This document shows, piece after piece, positions 36,720-48,604 of a stretch of DNA of 51,815 bases (within the stretch, counting starts at the first letter, position 1; every line of letters begins with the position of its first letter). The notes below the pieces were generated by a model. That model was not told the DNA's origin, did no database searches, and saw only the letters and a list, made by a program, of their open reading frames with translations. Source of the DNA: Octopus bimaculoides (lineage: Eukaryota); contig NC_068991.1 in assembly GCF_001194135.2 (NCBI RefSeq), positions 56,480,233 through 56,532,047 of the forward strand, read 5' to 3'. Position numbers and translations under genes: made by a program.

Positions 36720-36907
36720 TTTAACGGTATTTCGTCCGCCGCTATGTTCCGAGTTCAAATTCCGCCGAGATCGACTTAGCCTTTCATCCTTTCAGGGTCG
36801 ATTAAATAAGTACCAGTTACACACTGAGGTTGATGTAATCAAATAAATCCCTTTGTCTGTCCTTGTTTGTCCCTTCTATGTTTATCCCCCTGTGGGCAAT
36901 AAAGAAA
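36720..36907 (+). mobile_element. SINE family A, 5'-truncated tandem partner of the preceding copy
   Basis: Starts at CGGTATTTCGTCC and ends ATGTTTATCCCCCTGTGGGCAATAAAGAAAT followed by (TA)n. Confidence 0.93.
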
Positions 36908-37433
36908 TATATATATATATATATATATACATATTGGCCTTTGGTTATAAAAATATTTAAATAGAACGTTGAGAAGTGTGGGTTCTCGGATAAAGAAGAG
37001 AACATTTAGTCTATATTTTGTAAGTTTAATGTGACAGTGAAATAGTAGAAATATGTGAGACATTTCTAGGGTTTAGTTTGTGAGGAGTCTAACACAGCTG
37101 TTGACTAAATTTCACTGACACAGCCAGACCTCAGAAACAAGATACGGATTAAAAAGAAATTAATCTGTACACACACACACACACACACGCACACACCAAA
37201 CATGCGCGCGTCCGCGCATATCACTCTCCTGTACGAGAGATGCACTCACTCACACACAGACAGAGACGGACAGACACACGCATATACTCATACACCGAAC
37301 ACACACATACGCTTATCTTCTCATACGCAAAGATGTGCTCACTTACTTACACACATAAACATAAACACATGTTATATGCGTGTTTAAATATGTATGAATG
37401 TGTAATACACACATTCATACACACACACACACA

Positions 37434-37472
<39 letters not shown>

Positions 37473-37549
37473 GCACGAACACACACGAACACACACGAAC
37501 ACACAGACATACACATATATACATATATATGTTTGTCTATGTGTGTATT

Positions 37550-37581
<32 letters not shown>

Positions 37582-37646
37582 TGTTTGCGTGCGTGTGCGT
37601 TTGTGTGTCTGTCTGTCTATCTGTCTGTACATACCTACAATATGTA

Positions 37647-38010
37647 TCTTTTATCTTTTACTCGTTTCAATCATTGGACTGCAGCCATGCTAGGTCACTG
37701 CCTTGAAATCGATCTCACTATTTATTTCATAGGTCACTTTTGCCGAATCACTAAGTTACGGGGAGGTAAACAAACCAACATTGCTTGTCAAGGAGGAACT
37801 GACACAAACACACAAACTCTCATTCACACAAACACACATACACATGGGGTGGGCTTCTACACAGTTTCTATCCACCAAATTCACTCACAAGGCATTACTT
37901 GGACCGAGGCTACAAGTGTAAAAAACTTGTGCAGGTGCTGCGCTGTGGGACAGAACCTGAAACTACACGGTTACATAGCGAGTTTCTTAACTATATAGCC
38001 ATGCCTGCGC
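37647..38010 (-). mobile_element. SINE family B
   Basis: CATTGGACTGCAGCCATGCT...CCAAATTCACTCACAAGGC...TAGCCATGCCTGCGC. Confidence 0.88.
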
Positions 38011-38572
38011 ATATATATGGGGATGCGAAAAGACTGAAATAAGAGAGAAATAGTTGGGAACTTAGACAATAATAGTCAAAACAGTAAAAGAAGTCTTACG
38101 TGATCAACGTTGCTGGAGACAATAAGGAACCTTCAACGCACTCAGCCGACCTGAGAAATAATAGCTACATTTTCCTCCAAGTGCATCTAACCATTTAAAA
38201 AGACAATAAAATGCAAAATGATCTCAGAATACCTGGTAACAACTAGAGCAACAACTTCAACGTTTCTATTCCAGGTGAGAGAGACAAATGCTACGAAAGG
38301 GCCCGTGACTTCCGTCAGTCAGACTCTATCATGTATACGAATCTAGGACATTCTCGAGGCTCAGAATTGGACATGATTGTGTCCCTTTATGAAAGACCAG
38401 CAGTAGTCTGTGCAGCAAGTCTTCGATCTATATGCCATCAGTATTGTTCAAATGAAGCCTCAACGGTCAATACCGTTTGAGACTAGGCCTGTCTCTGGCT
38501 CCTAGCCAGAGCAGGATTGAAGGTGAAGAAGCACATGCGGTCTATGGTTGATATGACATCTAATAATGTAGT

Positions 38573-38932
38573 CCGATGGTTCCTGAACGGACCCTGGGTT
38601 TTTGGGGGATCCACGCAAGCAAAATAATAAATTGGGGATTCGCAGTAGCATTTTAAGGGTTCATGAAATAAAAAAGATTGATTTTGATGTATTTATTGTA
38701 AGGAACAGCTAGGTTTTTTCTCAAATGTTTTGCATAGTTTAACATGTTTCTTGTAACTGAATTATGTTCTTGCGAATGTACACAAGTGAACACGTGAAAT
38801 AAAAAAAGGGCAATATTGAAAGAAGGCCCTATAAAATTGACTTTTAAGCATTGAATGGATATGGCGGTCTACCAGAATATAATTGTAATCAAAGGAATCC
38901 ATTGGTAAAAACAAAATGGTCGAGAACTATTG
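38573..38932. mobile_element. Degenerate hAT/Charlie-like MITE
   Basis: Ends CCGATGGTTCCTGAAC and GGTCGAGAACTATTG resemble CAGTGGTTCTCAA TIRs. The internal sequence (GCAAGCAAAATAATAAA..., TATTTATTG, TGAATGG, AATCAAAGG) is shared with 42183-42532. No TSD found. Confidence 0.6.
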
Positions 38933-39154
38933 AGGTGGTCGATAGCGATTCGGTGATATACATAAATACACACAGACAAGAACGCATACACACACACACG
39001 CATGCACACAAACACATACACGGACACAGACACACAAGCACACACGTACACACGCATGCATTCAAGCACACACACTCACGCGTACACATACACACGCATA
39101 CATATGAGAACGTGTGCATGCTTATGTCAGTATCTGCGCATCCTAGACATTCTA

Positions 39155-39212
<58 letters not shown>

Positions 39213-39330
39213 ATATATATATATATACACAAATATATTTGTGTTATATATAATACATATATACATACATATATATATACATATATACAAATATATTTGT
39301 GTTATATATAATACACCCACACACACACAC

Positions 39331-39391
<61 letters not shown>

Positions 39392-40079
39392 TACACACAT
39401 TTGTATTAATATTTACATATTTACATACACACACACACATATATATATACATACATGCATGCATGTATATATGTACACAAAATATATTATGTATGCACAT
39501 ATATAGACACACGCACATACATACACTTGCACACTCACGCACGCACACACATATACACGCACAAAATTGTGTATATGTACGTATTCTGTAGTCAGTACGA
39601 AAACTTCTCCCTCAAAAGTGAGAAGACAGAAAAATGAAAGAGTAAACAAGGCCAATATGGCGATGGGTAAGTAAGTAAGGAACATCTGGGACCTTGTCAA
39701 TATGCAGCCCCTATTTTCAAAGAGATTAATATCTTACAGCAATCTTCCCTGTCAGTCGCAAGGAGAAAGTGGAACGTGGAAGGAAGAGAGTAAGAGAGGG
39801 AGGTGCGCTTCTGTCTGAACGTTGTTGTTGTTTTATTTATTTAACTATACAGATGTCTAAAAGGCGTAACTTTTGCCCCGGAGACTCCTCCATGAATTAC
39901 TCACACCAAACGCAAGGAACGCATTCACGTTGTGACATAGTCGAACCTTCACACGCACACACGCGCTGACACGCACACAAGCGCTGACACGCACTGAGAC
40001 GCATTTACACAAGCACAGACATACATACACAATATTATATACACATGCAAATACACGCAAACACATTTCTATGCATGTG

Positions 40080-40111
<32 letters not shown>

Positions 40112-40490
40112 TGTATGTATGATCTATATGTATGTATGCTTGTATATATATAAGCGTGTGTATTTAGATATATATCATGCATTTATGTGTGTGTATAAAT
40201 GTATGTGTATATATATATATATATATACATGCACGCATACATACATGGAAGTATGCACACAGGAGCACAAAAGTTAGCATGCGCACTCCCACACATTTGC
40301 ACATACATATACACATAATTGATAAAACGGACTTGATTTACATCAAACCCCAATAAAAATAAGAACAACACCCACTTACACTAAAACATACATAAATACA
40401 CACACGCGCGCGCACAGGTAAACGACATATACACAAGAAAATACATGTTTGCCATAATGGACAGACACAGGAGGGATAAAAATGCTGAAG

Positions 40491-40521
<31 letters not shown>

Positions 40522-40992
40522 NNNNNNNNNNNNNNNNNNNNNNNNNNNNNNNNNNNNNNNNNNNNNNNNNNNNNNNNNNNNNNNNNNNNNNNNNNNNNNN
40601 NNNNNNNNNNNNNNNNNNNNNNNNNNNNNNNNNNNNNNNNNNNNNNNNNNNNNNNNNNNNNNNNNNNNNNNNNNNNNNNNNNNNNNNNNNNNNNNNNNNN
40701 NNNNNNNNNNNNNNNNNNNNNNNNNNNNNNNNNNNNNNNNNNNNNNNNNNNNNNNNNNNNNNNNNNNNNNNNNNNNNNNNNNNNNNNNNNNNNNNNNNNN
40801 NNNNNNNNNNNNNNNNNNNNNNNNNNNNNNNNNNNNNNNNNNNNNNNNNNNNNNNNNNNNNNNNNNNNNNNNNNNNNNNNNNNNNNNNNNNNNNNNNNNN
40901 NNNNNNNNNNNNNNNNNNNNNNNNNNNNNNNNNNNNNNNNNNNNNNNNNNNNNNNNNNNNNNNNNNNNNNNNNNNNNNNNNNNNATATATAT

Positions 40993-41358
40993 TGGCTGTG
41001 TGGTAAGTAGCTTGCTTTCCAACCACATTGTTCCGGGTTCAGTCCCACTGCATGGCAACTTGGGCAAGTGTCTTCTACTATAGTCTCGGGCCAACCAAAG
41101 CCTTGTTAGTGGATTTGGTAGACGGAAACTAAAAGAAGCCCGTCGTATATGTATATATATGTATTTGTGTGTATATGTTTGTGTATCCGTTTTTGTCTTC
41201 CCACCATTGCTTGACAGCCGATGCTGGTGTTTTTAACGTTCCTATAACCTAGCGGTTCGGTGAAAAAGACCGATAGAATAAGTACTAGGCTTACAAAGCA
41301 TAAGTCCTGGAGTCGATTTGTTCGACTAAAGGCGGTGCTCCAGCATGACTGCAGTCAT
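40993..41358 (+). mobile_element. SINE family B, near full length
   Basis: TGGCTGTGTGGTAAGTAGCTTGCTTTCCAACCACATTGTTCCGGGTTCAGTCCCACTGCATGGCAACTTGGGCAAGTGTC...AAAGGCGGTGCTCCAGCATG. Confidence 0.95.
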
Positions 41359-41385
41359 GTAGCTGTATTTAATTTCTGATGAATC

Positions 41386-41807
41386 TCGTTTTACTTGTTG
41401 AAGTCATTTGACGACAGCCATGCTGAGGCAGCGCCATGACGGGTTTAGTCGAACGAATCGACTCCAGTATTTACATTTTAAGTTTGGTACTTATTCGATC
41501 GGTCCCTTTGCTGAACTGCGAAGTAATCAAACCAACACAAGTTGTCAAGTGATGAACGAGGACAAACTCTAAGACACATGCGCGCGCACACACACACGCA
41601 GAAACACATACACACACATACACACAAAACACACACGCACATATATATAAACCCGACGGGCTTCCACACAGTTTTCGTTTACCAGATTCACTCACAAGGT
41701 ATTGATTGACCCAGTGTAAGAGTAGAAAACACTTGCGCAAGGTTCCATGCGTTTGGACAGACCCCGAAACGTGCTACGCGAACTTCTTAATCGTACAACC
41801 GCGCCTG
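41386..41807 (-). mobile_element. SINE family B, tail-to-tail with the preceding copy
   Basis: TTTACTTGTTGAAGTCATTTGACGACAGCCATGCTG...GTTTAGTCGAACGAATCGACTCCAG...CAGATTCACTCACAAGG...CAACCGCGCCTG. Confidence 0.88.
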
Positions 41808-42182
41808 TACTTAAATCTCGACCATTCAGTATACTTCTATATCAACTGTTTAATTATTTCCTTCCTCAGAGGTTTAATTAATCTGTCAGACACAGAATGG
41901 AGACCAGGAACATCTTTTGACAACTATTGTCTCCGTTGTCCGACCTTTGCAATTGCCAACCGGATACCAAACCAGCTTGTGTTCAATTTCATTGGGACAT
42001 ATCTTCACCGTATCCTTAGACTGGTGCTCAACGAGCCGTGACGAGAACTGGAAAAACAAATATCTTTTAGAATTTTGCTGTTATTTCGTCAACTGTGAAA
42101 GTAGAAGAAAAGATAAAACGTAGCTGTGATGCCATCCATAGGTCAGAGACAACGGTATACCAAGTAATTGTGTTATTATAAG

Positions 42183-42532
42183 CAAATGGCTCCTAACTGG
42201 TATCCATATGACCCCTAGTGCTCCATATAAAAGTTTGGGGTCCAGCAAGCAAAATAATAAAATGGAGATCTACAGCAGTATTTTAATTTTGATTTGGACG
42301 TATTTATTGCATCAAACAGCTCGGTTTCTTTAACGTTTTACATAGTTTATGTTTTACATAGTTTTACATAGTTTTACAAGTCAATGTGTCAATGTGTGAA
42401 AAAGCAAAATAAGAATTTTGAAAAAGGTATGTTTAAAATCAGTTTTTGAACACTGAATGGCTATTATTTTATTCACTAGAATAAAATAATAATCAAAGGG
42501 GTCCACAGATAAAAAATAGTTGACAACCACTT
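42183..42532. mobile_element. Second copy of the hAT/Charlie-like MITE
   Basis: Ends CAAATGGCTCCTAAC and AGTTGACAACCACTT, with GGGGTCCAC near the right end. Homologous to 38573-38932. Confidence 0.6.
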
Positions 42533-42659
42533 CTAAACAATGTAGATATTGCATCCAATGAGAAAATGTTTAACATAAAGTATTTACTTATGTTTTGTGC
42601 ACACGAGTTCTCGGTCAGAAACCATGCGCTGGAACCAGCAACAGAATAAATATATTTTA

Positions 42660-42872
42660 CCCTTTAGCGTACAAATTACTCTGTCAAATGTAATACTTAT
42701 TTATTCACATTGTTTTGAATTAAACGTGCATTACCTCATAGCTTCGAGATTTTGATGATGTGATTGCTTATTTTTAAGAATGATATTGATAGGTAGGTGT
42801 GAGAGAACGGATCTAGTCAGTTTGAATATAAAACAGGCAGAATATTTTGGCCGGATATGGCCAAGAGTTAAA
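42660..42872. mobile_element. Non-autonomous repeat with a piggyBac-like left end (CCCTTTAGC)
   Basis: TTTA-CCCTTTAGCGT...TTACTCTGTCAAATGTAATACTTATTTATTCACATTGTTTTGAATT... I recognise this as a common octopus interspersed repeat. The right TIR is not preserved. Confidence 0.45.
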
Positions 42873-43154
42873 ACGTTCAAGAAGCAAAAATAGTTGGTGC
42901 CAGTTTGTGGTATTCAATTACACATAGAATGGTTTACTTTTACAGGGTATTGAGAATAACCAAACACATCACAGGCCACTGTTTGAACATCAAAGAACAA
43001 GCTACAAAGTCATATTTGTATGACGAAACTTTGGGATGACGAAACTTTGGGATGACCTAACGTGATGCAAGATTTGATTTAATGAAGGTGCTGCTCTTAC
43101 AACGAAGAGGGACTAGTGATGGAAACAGATTGCAAAACGTTAAGTACTGAGCGT

Positions 43155-43378
43155 GTCTTGGTTTCAGATTTTAGCACAAGGTCAGCAAATTCAGAGGAAG
43201 AGTAAGTCGGTTACATCGGTTCCTGTGCTCAACTGGAACGTATTTTATCGATTTCAGAAGGATGAAACGCAAAGTCAACCCCGGCAGCATTTGAACTCAG
43301 AGCGTAGAAACGGGATGGAACGACTCTAAGCATTTTACCCGGCGTGTTAACGATTCTGCCAACTTACTGCCTCATTGG
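43155..43378 (-). mobile_element. SINE family A
   Basis: TTGGTTTCAGATTTTAGCACAAGG...CATTTGAACTCAGAGCG...TAAGCATTTTACCCGGCGTGTTAACGATTCTGCCA. Confidence 0.88.
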
Positions 43379-43387
43379 AGAGCATGT

Positions 43388-43485
43388 ATTGGCTTCAAAC
43401 TTTCGCACAATGCCAGCAATTTAGCGAGAAGGGTAAGTTGATTACATCGACCCTAGTGCTGAACTGATATTTATCTTATTGACAC
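43388..43485 (-). mobile_element. SINE family A, 3' fragment
   Basis: TATTGGCTTCAAACTTTCGCACAATGCCAGCAATTT...GATTACATCGACCCTAGTG. Confidence 0.75.
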
Positions 43486-43908
43486 TGTCGTGCGTGCGCG
43501 CGCGTATATATATACATACACACACACATATATATATACACACACACATATATATACACACACACATATATATGCACACACGCATATATATATATACACA
43601 CACACACGCATATATATATACACATATATATATATATGTATATGTGTATATATGTATATATTTATATGTGTATATTTGTATATATGTATATATATATCTA
43701 TATGTGTATATATATATATATAAATATAGGTATATATGTATGTGTGTATATGTATATAAATATTTGTATATATGTATGTGTGTGTGTATATATAAATATA
43801 TATATATATGCATATATATATATATATATATGTATATGTGCGTATATGTATGTATATATGTATATATGTATGTGTGTATATGAATATATATATGTATGTG
43901 TGTGTGCA

Positions 43909-43944
<36 letters not shown>

Positions 43945-43949
43945 TGCTT

Positions 43950-44077
43950 TTGTGTTTTTCTCCACCATCGCTTGACAAACGGTGTTGGTTTGTTTACAAA
44001 GAATAAGATCCGAACTTAAAATTAAGTTCTGGGGTCGATTTGGCTGTGATCCAATAACTGAAACAAGTAGAAGATAA
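43950..44077 (+). mobile_element. SINE family B, 3' part after a roughly 450-bp TA/TG tract
   Basis: CCACCATCGCTTGACAAACGGTGTTGG...CTGGGGTCGATTTG...ACTGAAACAAGTAGAAG. Confidence 0.8.
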
Positions 44078-44584
44078 TAGACGAAAGTTAATCTCAATAA
44101 TTTGTAGTTAGATTGCACGTTCGCCGTTTCATCACATAATGTGTATTGTATAAACAACAACAGCAATTATAACATCAAGATTAGTAGTAGCAATGCAAGA
44201 GACAATAACAAGATCAAGTGCAGCAGCATCGACAACAGCATCATCATCATCACCACCAGCACCATCAGCACCACCAGCACCACGACCAGCAGCAGCAGCA
44301 GCAGCAGCAGCACCAGCACCAGCACCACCACTACCACCACCATCATCATTATCATCAGCATCATCATCATCATCAGCTGCAGAAGGAAGCAGCAACAGCT
44401 GTAACAATAGTAACAACAGCAAAAAAAAAAAAAAAACAGCTGCAACAACAGAGATAACAACAGCAACATCAATAACAATGACAACAACAACAACAACAAT
44501 AACAACATAAACCACATGAACAACAATAACAGCAACCACAAAAAAACAGCTGTAAGAACAACAACAACAACAACAACAACAATA

Positions 44585-44620
<36 letters not shown>

Positions 44621-45009
44621 TCAACAACAAAAACAACAACATCAATAACAATCATATCTTGTTATCAAGATAAGTGCTAGATAAGTAGTAAGATAACGAG
44701 GTGACTATACATAAGGTTTTACGGTACAGAACTAAACCTCAAAGTTAAGGTGCTGACTAATGTCACAAAATTAAGATAGTCTTATATTGTGGAACGAGAG
44801 AGCCAGGGTACTGTTTAGTTCAATAAGGAAGGCTGGACATAGTGTGAGTCTAGGGCTGAAATTTATCACACTTTCCACTGGAATTAGAAGATTCACGTTA
44901 TTCGAAACACTATGATATGATAGTAAATTATAAAAACTATTGGATTCTTTCTGATTCTGTCTCTTCATAAAGTTTTAATTAGGGTTATTACGTGAGAAAT
45001 CGCTATTAA

Positions 45010-45170
45010 TGGACGTGTGCTTGGTAAGAATTTTGCTTTCCAATAACATGGTTTCCGGTACAGTTCCACTGCGTGGCACTTTCGGGTAGTGTCTTCTACT
45101 ATAATAAGCTTCTGGGCGAACAAAGCCCTGTGAGTGTATATGTAGACGAATGAAGGAAATAATCCCGTCT
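45010..45170 (+). mobile_element. SINE family B, 5' half
   Basis: GTGTGCTTGGTAAG...CATGGTTTCCGGTACAGTTCCACTGCGTGGCAC...GTGTCTTCTACTATA...TGTGAGTG...CCCGTC. Confidence 0.8.
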
Positions 45171-45365
45171 GGCGATCTTCCTTCTTCTTCTTTGGACTTT
45201 TTCCCTTTCTCCTTTCCGACGAAGAGCCATGCTCGAAACGTTTAAAACTCTCTCATTTCACCGAGTATCAAACTAACGTAATTCTTGTGGTCGTCCTCAC
45301 ACTCGTTTTATTATTCCCTTTTCGTTCTTTATGCGTTTTCTGAATTGTTTGTTCATTGAATTGAT
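45171..45365 (+). mobile_element. Hammerhead-bearing PLE-type element (CCGACGA core)
   Basis: CCGACGA (45216-45222)-A-GAGC CAT GCTC-GAAA-CGTT. The downstream TCAAACTAAC matches the 7270/15405 family, and the element runs into a (TA)n at about 45366. Confidence 0.55.
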
Positions 45366-45382
45366 TATATATATCTATATAT

Positions 45383-45560
45383 GTTCAGTTCAAATTTACA
45401 GAAAACTAAAGACGAAGACAGGTGAAGGAACAGCAAGCAGGTGTATCAGTTTGACGCTCGGGATGAAGGGAAAAGTCTTTGACGTTTCGAGCCTACGTTC
45501 TTTAACAAAATGGATTGAGAGGTATATAAAGAGAACGAAAAAAAAAAACGGAGAGAATAT
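45383..45560 (-). mobile_element. Hammerhead-bearing PLE-type element (CUGUUGA family), convergent with the preceding one
   Basis: Minus strand TTGTTAA-AGAACGTAGGCTC-GAAACGTC-AAAGAC...CCCGAGCGTCAAACTGATACACCTGCTTG...CACCTGTCTTCGTC, ending at (TA)n. Confidence 0.7.
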
Positions 45561-45572
45561 GCGCGCGCGCGC

Positions 45573-45737
45573 GTCTGTGTTTGTCTCTTAACTTCGCTTG
45601 ACAATTGGCGTTCTTCTGTTTATATCCCCGTAGGTAAGCTATTCAGCAAAATCAGGCTAAAAAAACTAATAGAACCTGGGTCGATTCGTTTGATTGAAAC
45701 CCTTTGTGGTCAAATGACTGAAACAAATAAAAGATAA
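45573..45737 (+). mobile_element. SINE family B, 3' half (partner of 45010-45170)
   Basis: GTCTGTGTTTGTCTC...CGCTTGACAATTGGCG...TGGGTCGATTCGTTTGA...GTCAAATGACTGAAACAAATAAAAG. Confidence 0.8.
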
Positions 45738-45934
45738 ATATATATAGATATGTGTGTGTGTGTGTGTGAGTGCGTGTGTGTTTGTCAAAACACAAGTAAA
45801 GTACTCAATACATCCGCTATTACTCAGTGTTTCACATTAACTGCGACGATTCAGACAACAAATTCTATCTTTTCATTTTTATTTCCGGAACGATGTAAGA
45901 CAGTGAGCTTCTTCAAACGTATGAGTGTATTTTG

Positions 45935-46023
45935 AAAGTACTAGGTTCGATTCATTCTGCTAAAAGTTCTTCTAGGCGGTGCTCCAGCATGGCCACAGTC
46001 TAATGCCTGAAACAAGTAAAAGG
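45935..46023 (+). mobile_element. SINE family B, 3' fragment
   Basis: AGGCGGTGCTCCAGCATGGCCACAGTCTAATGCCTGAAACAAGTAAAAG. Confidence 0.85.
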
Positions 46024-46086
46024 TACACGATAAGAGAAGCGCTCGAGACTGCAGCTGCAGAAATAAGACTATTTAGCAAGACTGAA

Positions 46087-46345
46087 TCACAGGATCACGT
46101 GTAGACCCGACTATCAGATGATACACATTGCTGGTCACAATGCACTTTGCATCGCTTTAACTTTCGAATGACGACACCCCGCTGGCATAAGCGAGTATGC
46201 CAACATTCCCCCACCCTGACCGAATGGGGGCCTGGAGCAGTCTGAAATGAAGTGTTTTGTTCGAGAACACAACGCGTCGCCCGGTCTGGGAATCAAACCT
46301 ACGATCTAGTGATTGTGAGTGCAAAAGCCTAACCACTAGGCCACA
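46087..46345 (-). mobile_element. SINE family C2
   Basis: GAACACAACGCGTCGCCCGGTCTGGGAATCAAACCTACGATC...CCTAACCACTAGGCCAC (head on minus) and TTGCTGGTCACAATGCAC...TTCGAATGACGACACCCC. Confidence 0.85.
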
Positions 46346-46399
46346 GAATACGCTAGTAAAACGTAACAAGTGATACCTGTCCTCTGAATGCCACTAATC

Positions 46400-46945
46400 T
46401 GAAACTGGTTGTGACTTTACCTGCCTAGGAAATATCATTGTTTCAACAGAAAAGGATGTCCTAATAAGGACTACAAAGGCATGGAATGAATTTGACAGAT
46501 TCGGAATTATTTGGAAGTCCTCCCTTCCTGATAACATGAACAGGGAGTTTCTTAAAAGTAATCATTGAATCAATACTTCTGTATGACCCTTCACCATGGG
46601 CACTGAATAAGAGACTTGAAAAAAAGAACTTGACGGTACATGAACGACGATGCTGCGTGTAGTTCCCAATCTTTCATGGCAGAAACAGCCTGCAAAGCAG
46701 CGACTGTACGGCAGTCTTCCAACCATCACCTTGGTAACCAGAGAAGGAACATGTTATACAGAACACTGCTGGAGGAGCAAGGACGAAATATCTAGCGATC
46801 TCCTCTGGAAAACCACGCATGGACATACAGGTATGGGCAGACAAAGAAGGGTATATTAGTATATCGATCAACTTCTGGAAGAATTTGGATATCAGGTTTG
46901 AGGATATGAAGACTGCTAAGGAAGATATAGACATCTGGCCTGGAA
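46400..46945 (+). pseudogene. Decayed RTE-group LINE ORF C-terminal fragment
   Basis: FTCLGNIIVSTEKDVLIRTTKAWNE...IWKSSLPDNM...IIESILLY...KKLDGT..MLRVV.NLSWQK...LYGSLPTI...HCWRSKDEISSDLLWKTTHGH..GR. This is the post-RT region typical of RTE-type elements. Confidence 0.85.
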
Positions 46946-46986
46946 AAGTTACATTCTCTCTCCCTCTCTGTATGCATGTATATATG

Positions 46987-47017
<31 letters not shown>

Positions 47018-47912
47018 NNNNNNNNNNNNNNNNNNNNNNNNNNNNNNNNNNNNNNNNNNNNNNNNNNNNNNNNNNNNNNNNNNNNNNNNNNNNNNNNNNN
47101 NNNNNNNNNNNNNNNNNNNNNNNNNNNNNNNNNNNNNNNNNNNNNNNNNNNNNNNNNNNNNNNNNNNNNNNNNNNNNNNNNNNNNNNNNNNNNNNNNNNN
47201 NNNNNNNNNNNNNNNNNNNNNNNNNNNNNNNNNNNNNNNNNNNNNNNNNNNNNNNNNNNNNNNNNNNNNNNNNNNNNNNNNNNNNNNNNNNNNNNNNNNN
47301 NNNNNNNNNNNNNNNNNNNNNNNNNNNNNNNNNNNNNNNNNNNNNNNNNNNNNNNNNNNNNNNNNNNNNNNNNNNNNNNNNNNNNNNNNNNNNNNNNNNN
47401 NNNNNNNNNNNNNNNNNNNNNNNNNNNNNNNNNNNNNNNNNNNNNNNNNNNNNNNNNNNNNNNNNNNNNNNNNNNNNNNNNNNNNNNNNNNNNNNNNNNN
47501 NNNNNNNNNNNNNNNNNNNNNNNNNNNNNNNNNNNNNNNNNNNNNNNNNNNNNNNNNNNNNNNNNNNNNNNNNNNNNNNNNNNNNNNNNNNNNNNNNNNN
47601 NNNNNNNNNNNNNNNNNNNNNNNNNNNNNNNNNNNNNNNNNNNNNNNNNNNNNNNNNNNNNNNNNNNNNNNNNNNNNNNNNNNNNNNNNNNNNNNNNNNN
47701 NNNNNNNNNNNNNNNNNNNNNNNNNNNNNNNNNNNNNNNNNNNNNNNTGTAGGTGTTGGCTGGATTGGTGTAGAGCTGTGCAAATACCGGGTGAATTTAG
47801 TACCACTTCAAATACCACCACCAAACCACCACCGCCGCCACCACCACCACCACCACCATCACCATTACTGCGAACGCTATTTTCACCAGCAGCAGCAGCA
47901 GCAGCAGCAGCA

Positions 47913-47949
<37 letters not shown>

Positions 47950-48229
47950 AAATGATCATTATTTCTAATGGTAATAATAATATAGCAGCAACTGTAGTAG
48001 CAACAGCAGCAACAGTAGTAGCAGCAACAGTAGTAGTAGTAGTAGTAGTAGTAATAGTAGTAGTAGTAGTAGTAGTAGTAGTAAAGATAGTAGTAGTAGA
48101 GGTAGTAATAGTAGTAGAGGTATTAGTAGTAGTAGAAGTAGTAGTAGTGGTAGTAGCGGTATTAGTAGTAATAGTTGTAGTAGTAGTAGTAGAGGTAGTA
48201 GCAGCAGCAGCAGCAGTAGCAGTAGTAGC

Positions 48230-48265
<36 letters not shown>

Positions 48266-48482
48266 TGTACCGAGTGTTGGCATTTCAGCAAGAGATGGTA
48301 CTTGAGAGAGAGGTGTCAATGACGGCAATAACTGGAGTTGGCCCTTTTGGTAAACAGAAATAAATAAATAAATAAATAAATGAATGCTTCTGAATGCGAA
48401 AGAGCTATGAATGGGGTTAATACGCGGTCTCTCGCCCTCTCCCTCTTTCTCTCTCCCTCTCTCTCTCTCCTTCTCTCTCTCT

Positions 48483-48526
<44 letters not shown>

Positions 48527-48604
48527 CTCTGATAGTGTCAATAGTAATCATATGATGTGATAGTTGGATGAGGCTATGTAGACACACATAACACACAAGC
48601 ATAC

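Noticed and set aside
44141-44655. Poly-Q/H, poly-A/P and poly-S/T ORFs
   Set aside because: In-register CAG/CAC/CAA/TAA triplet tracts are open in several frames on both strands at once, and there is no splice or domain evidence.
47748-48350. Mucin-like Thr-rich minus-strand frame
   Set aside because: (CTA)n-type repeats are stop-free in all three minus-strand frames, so openness is uninformative. The tract resembles the non-coding one at 27880.
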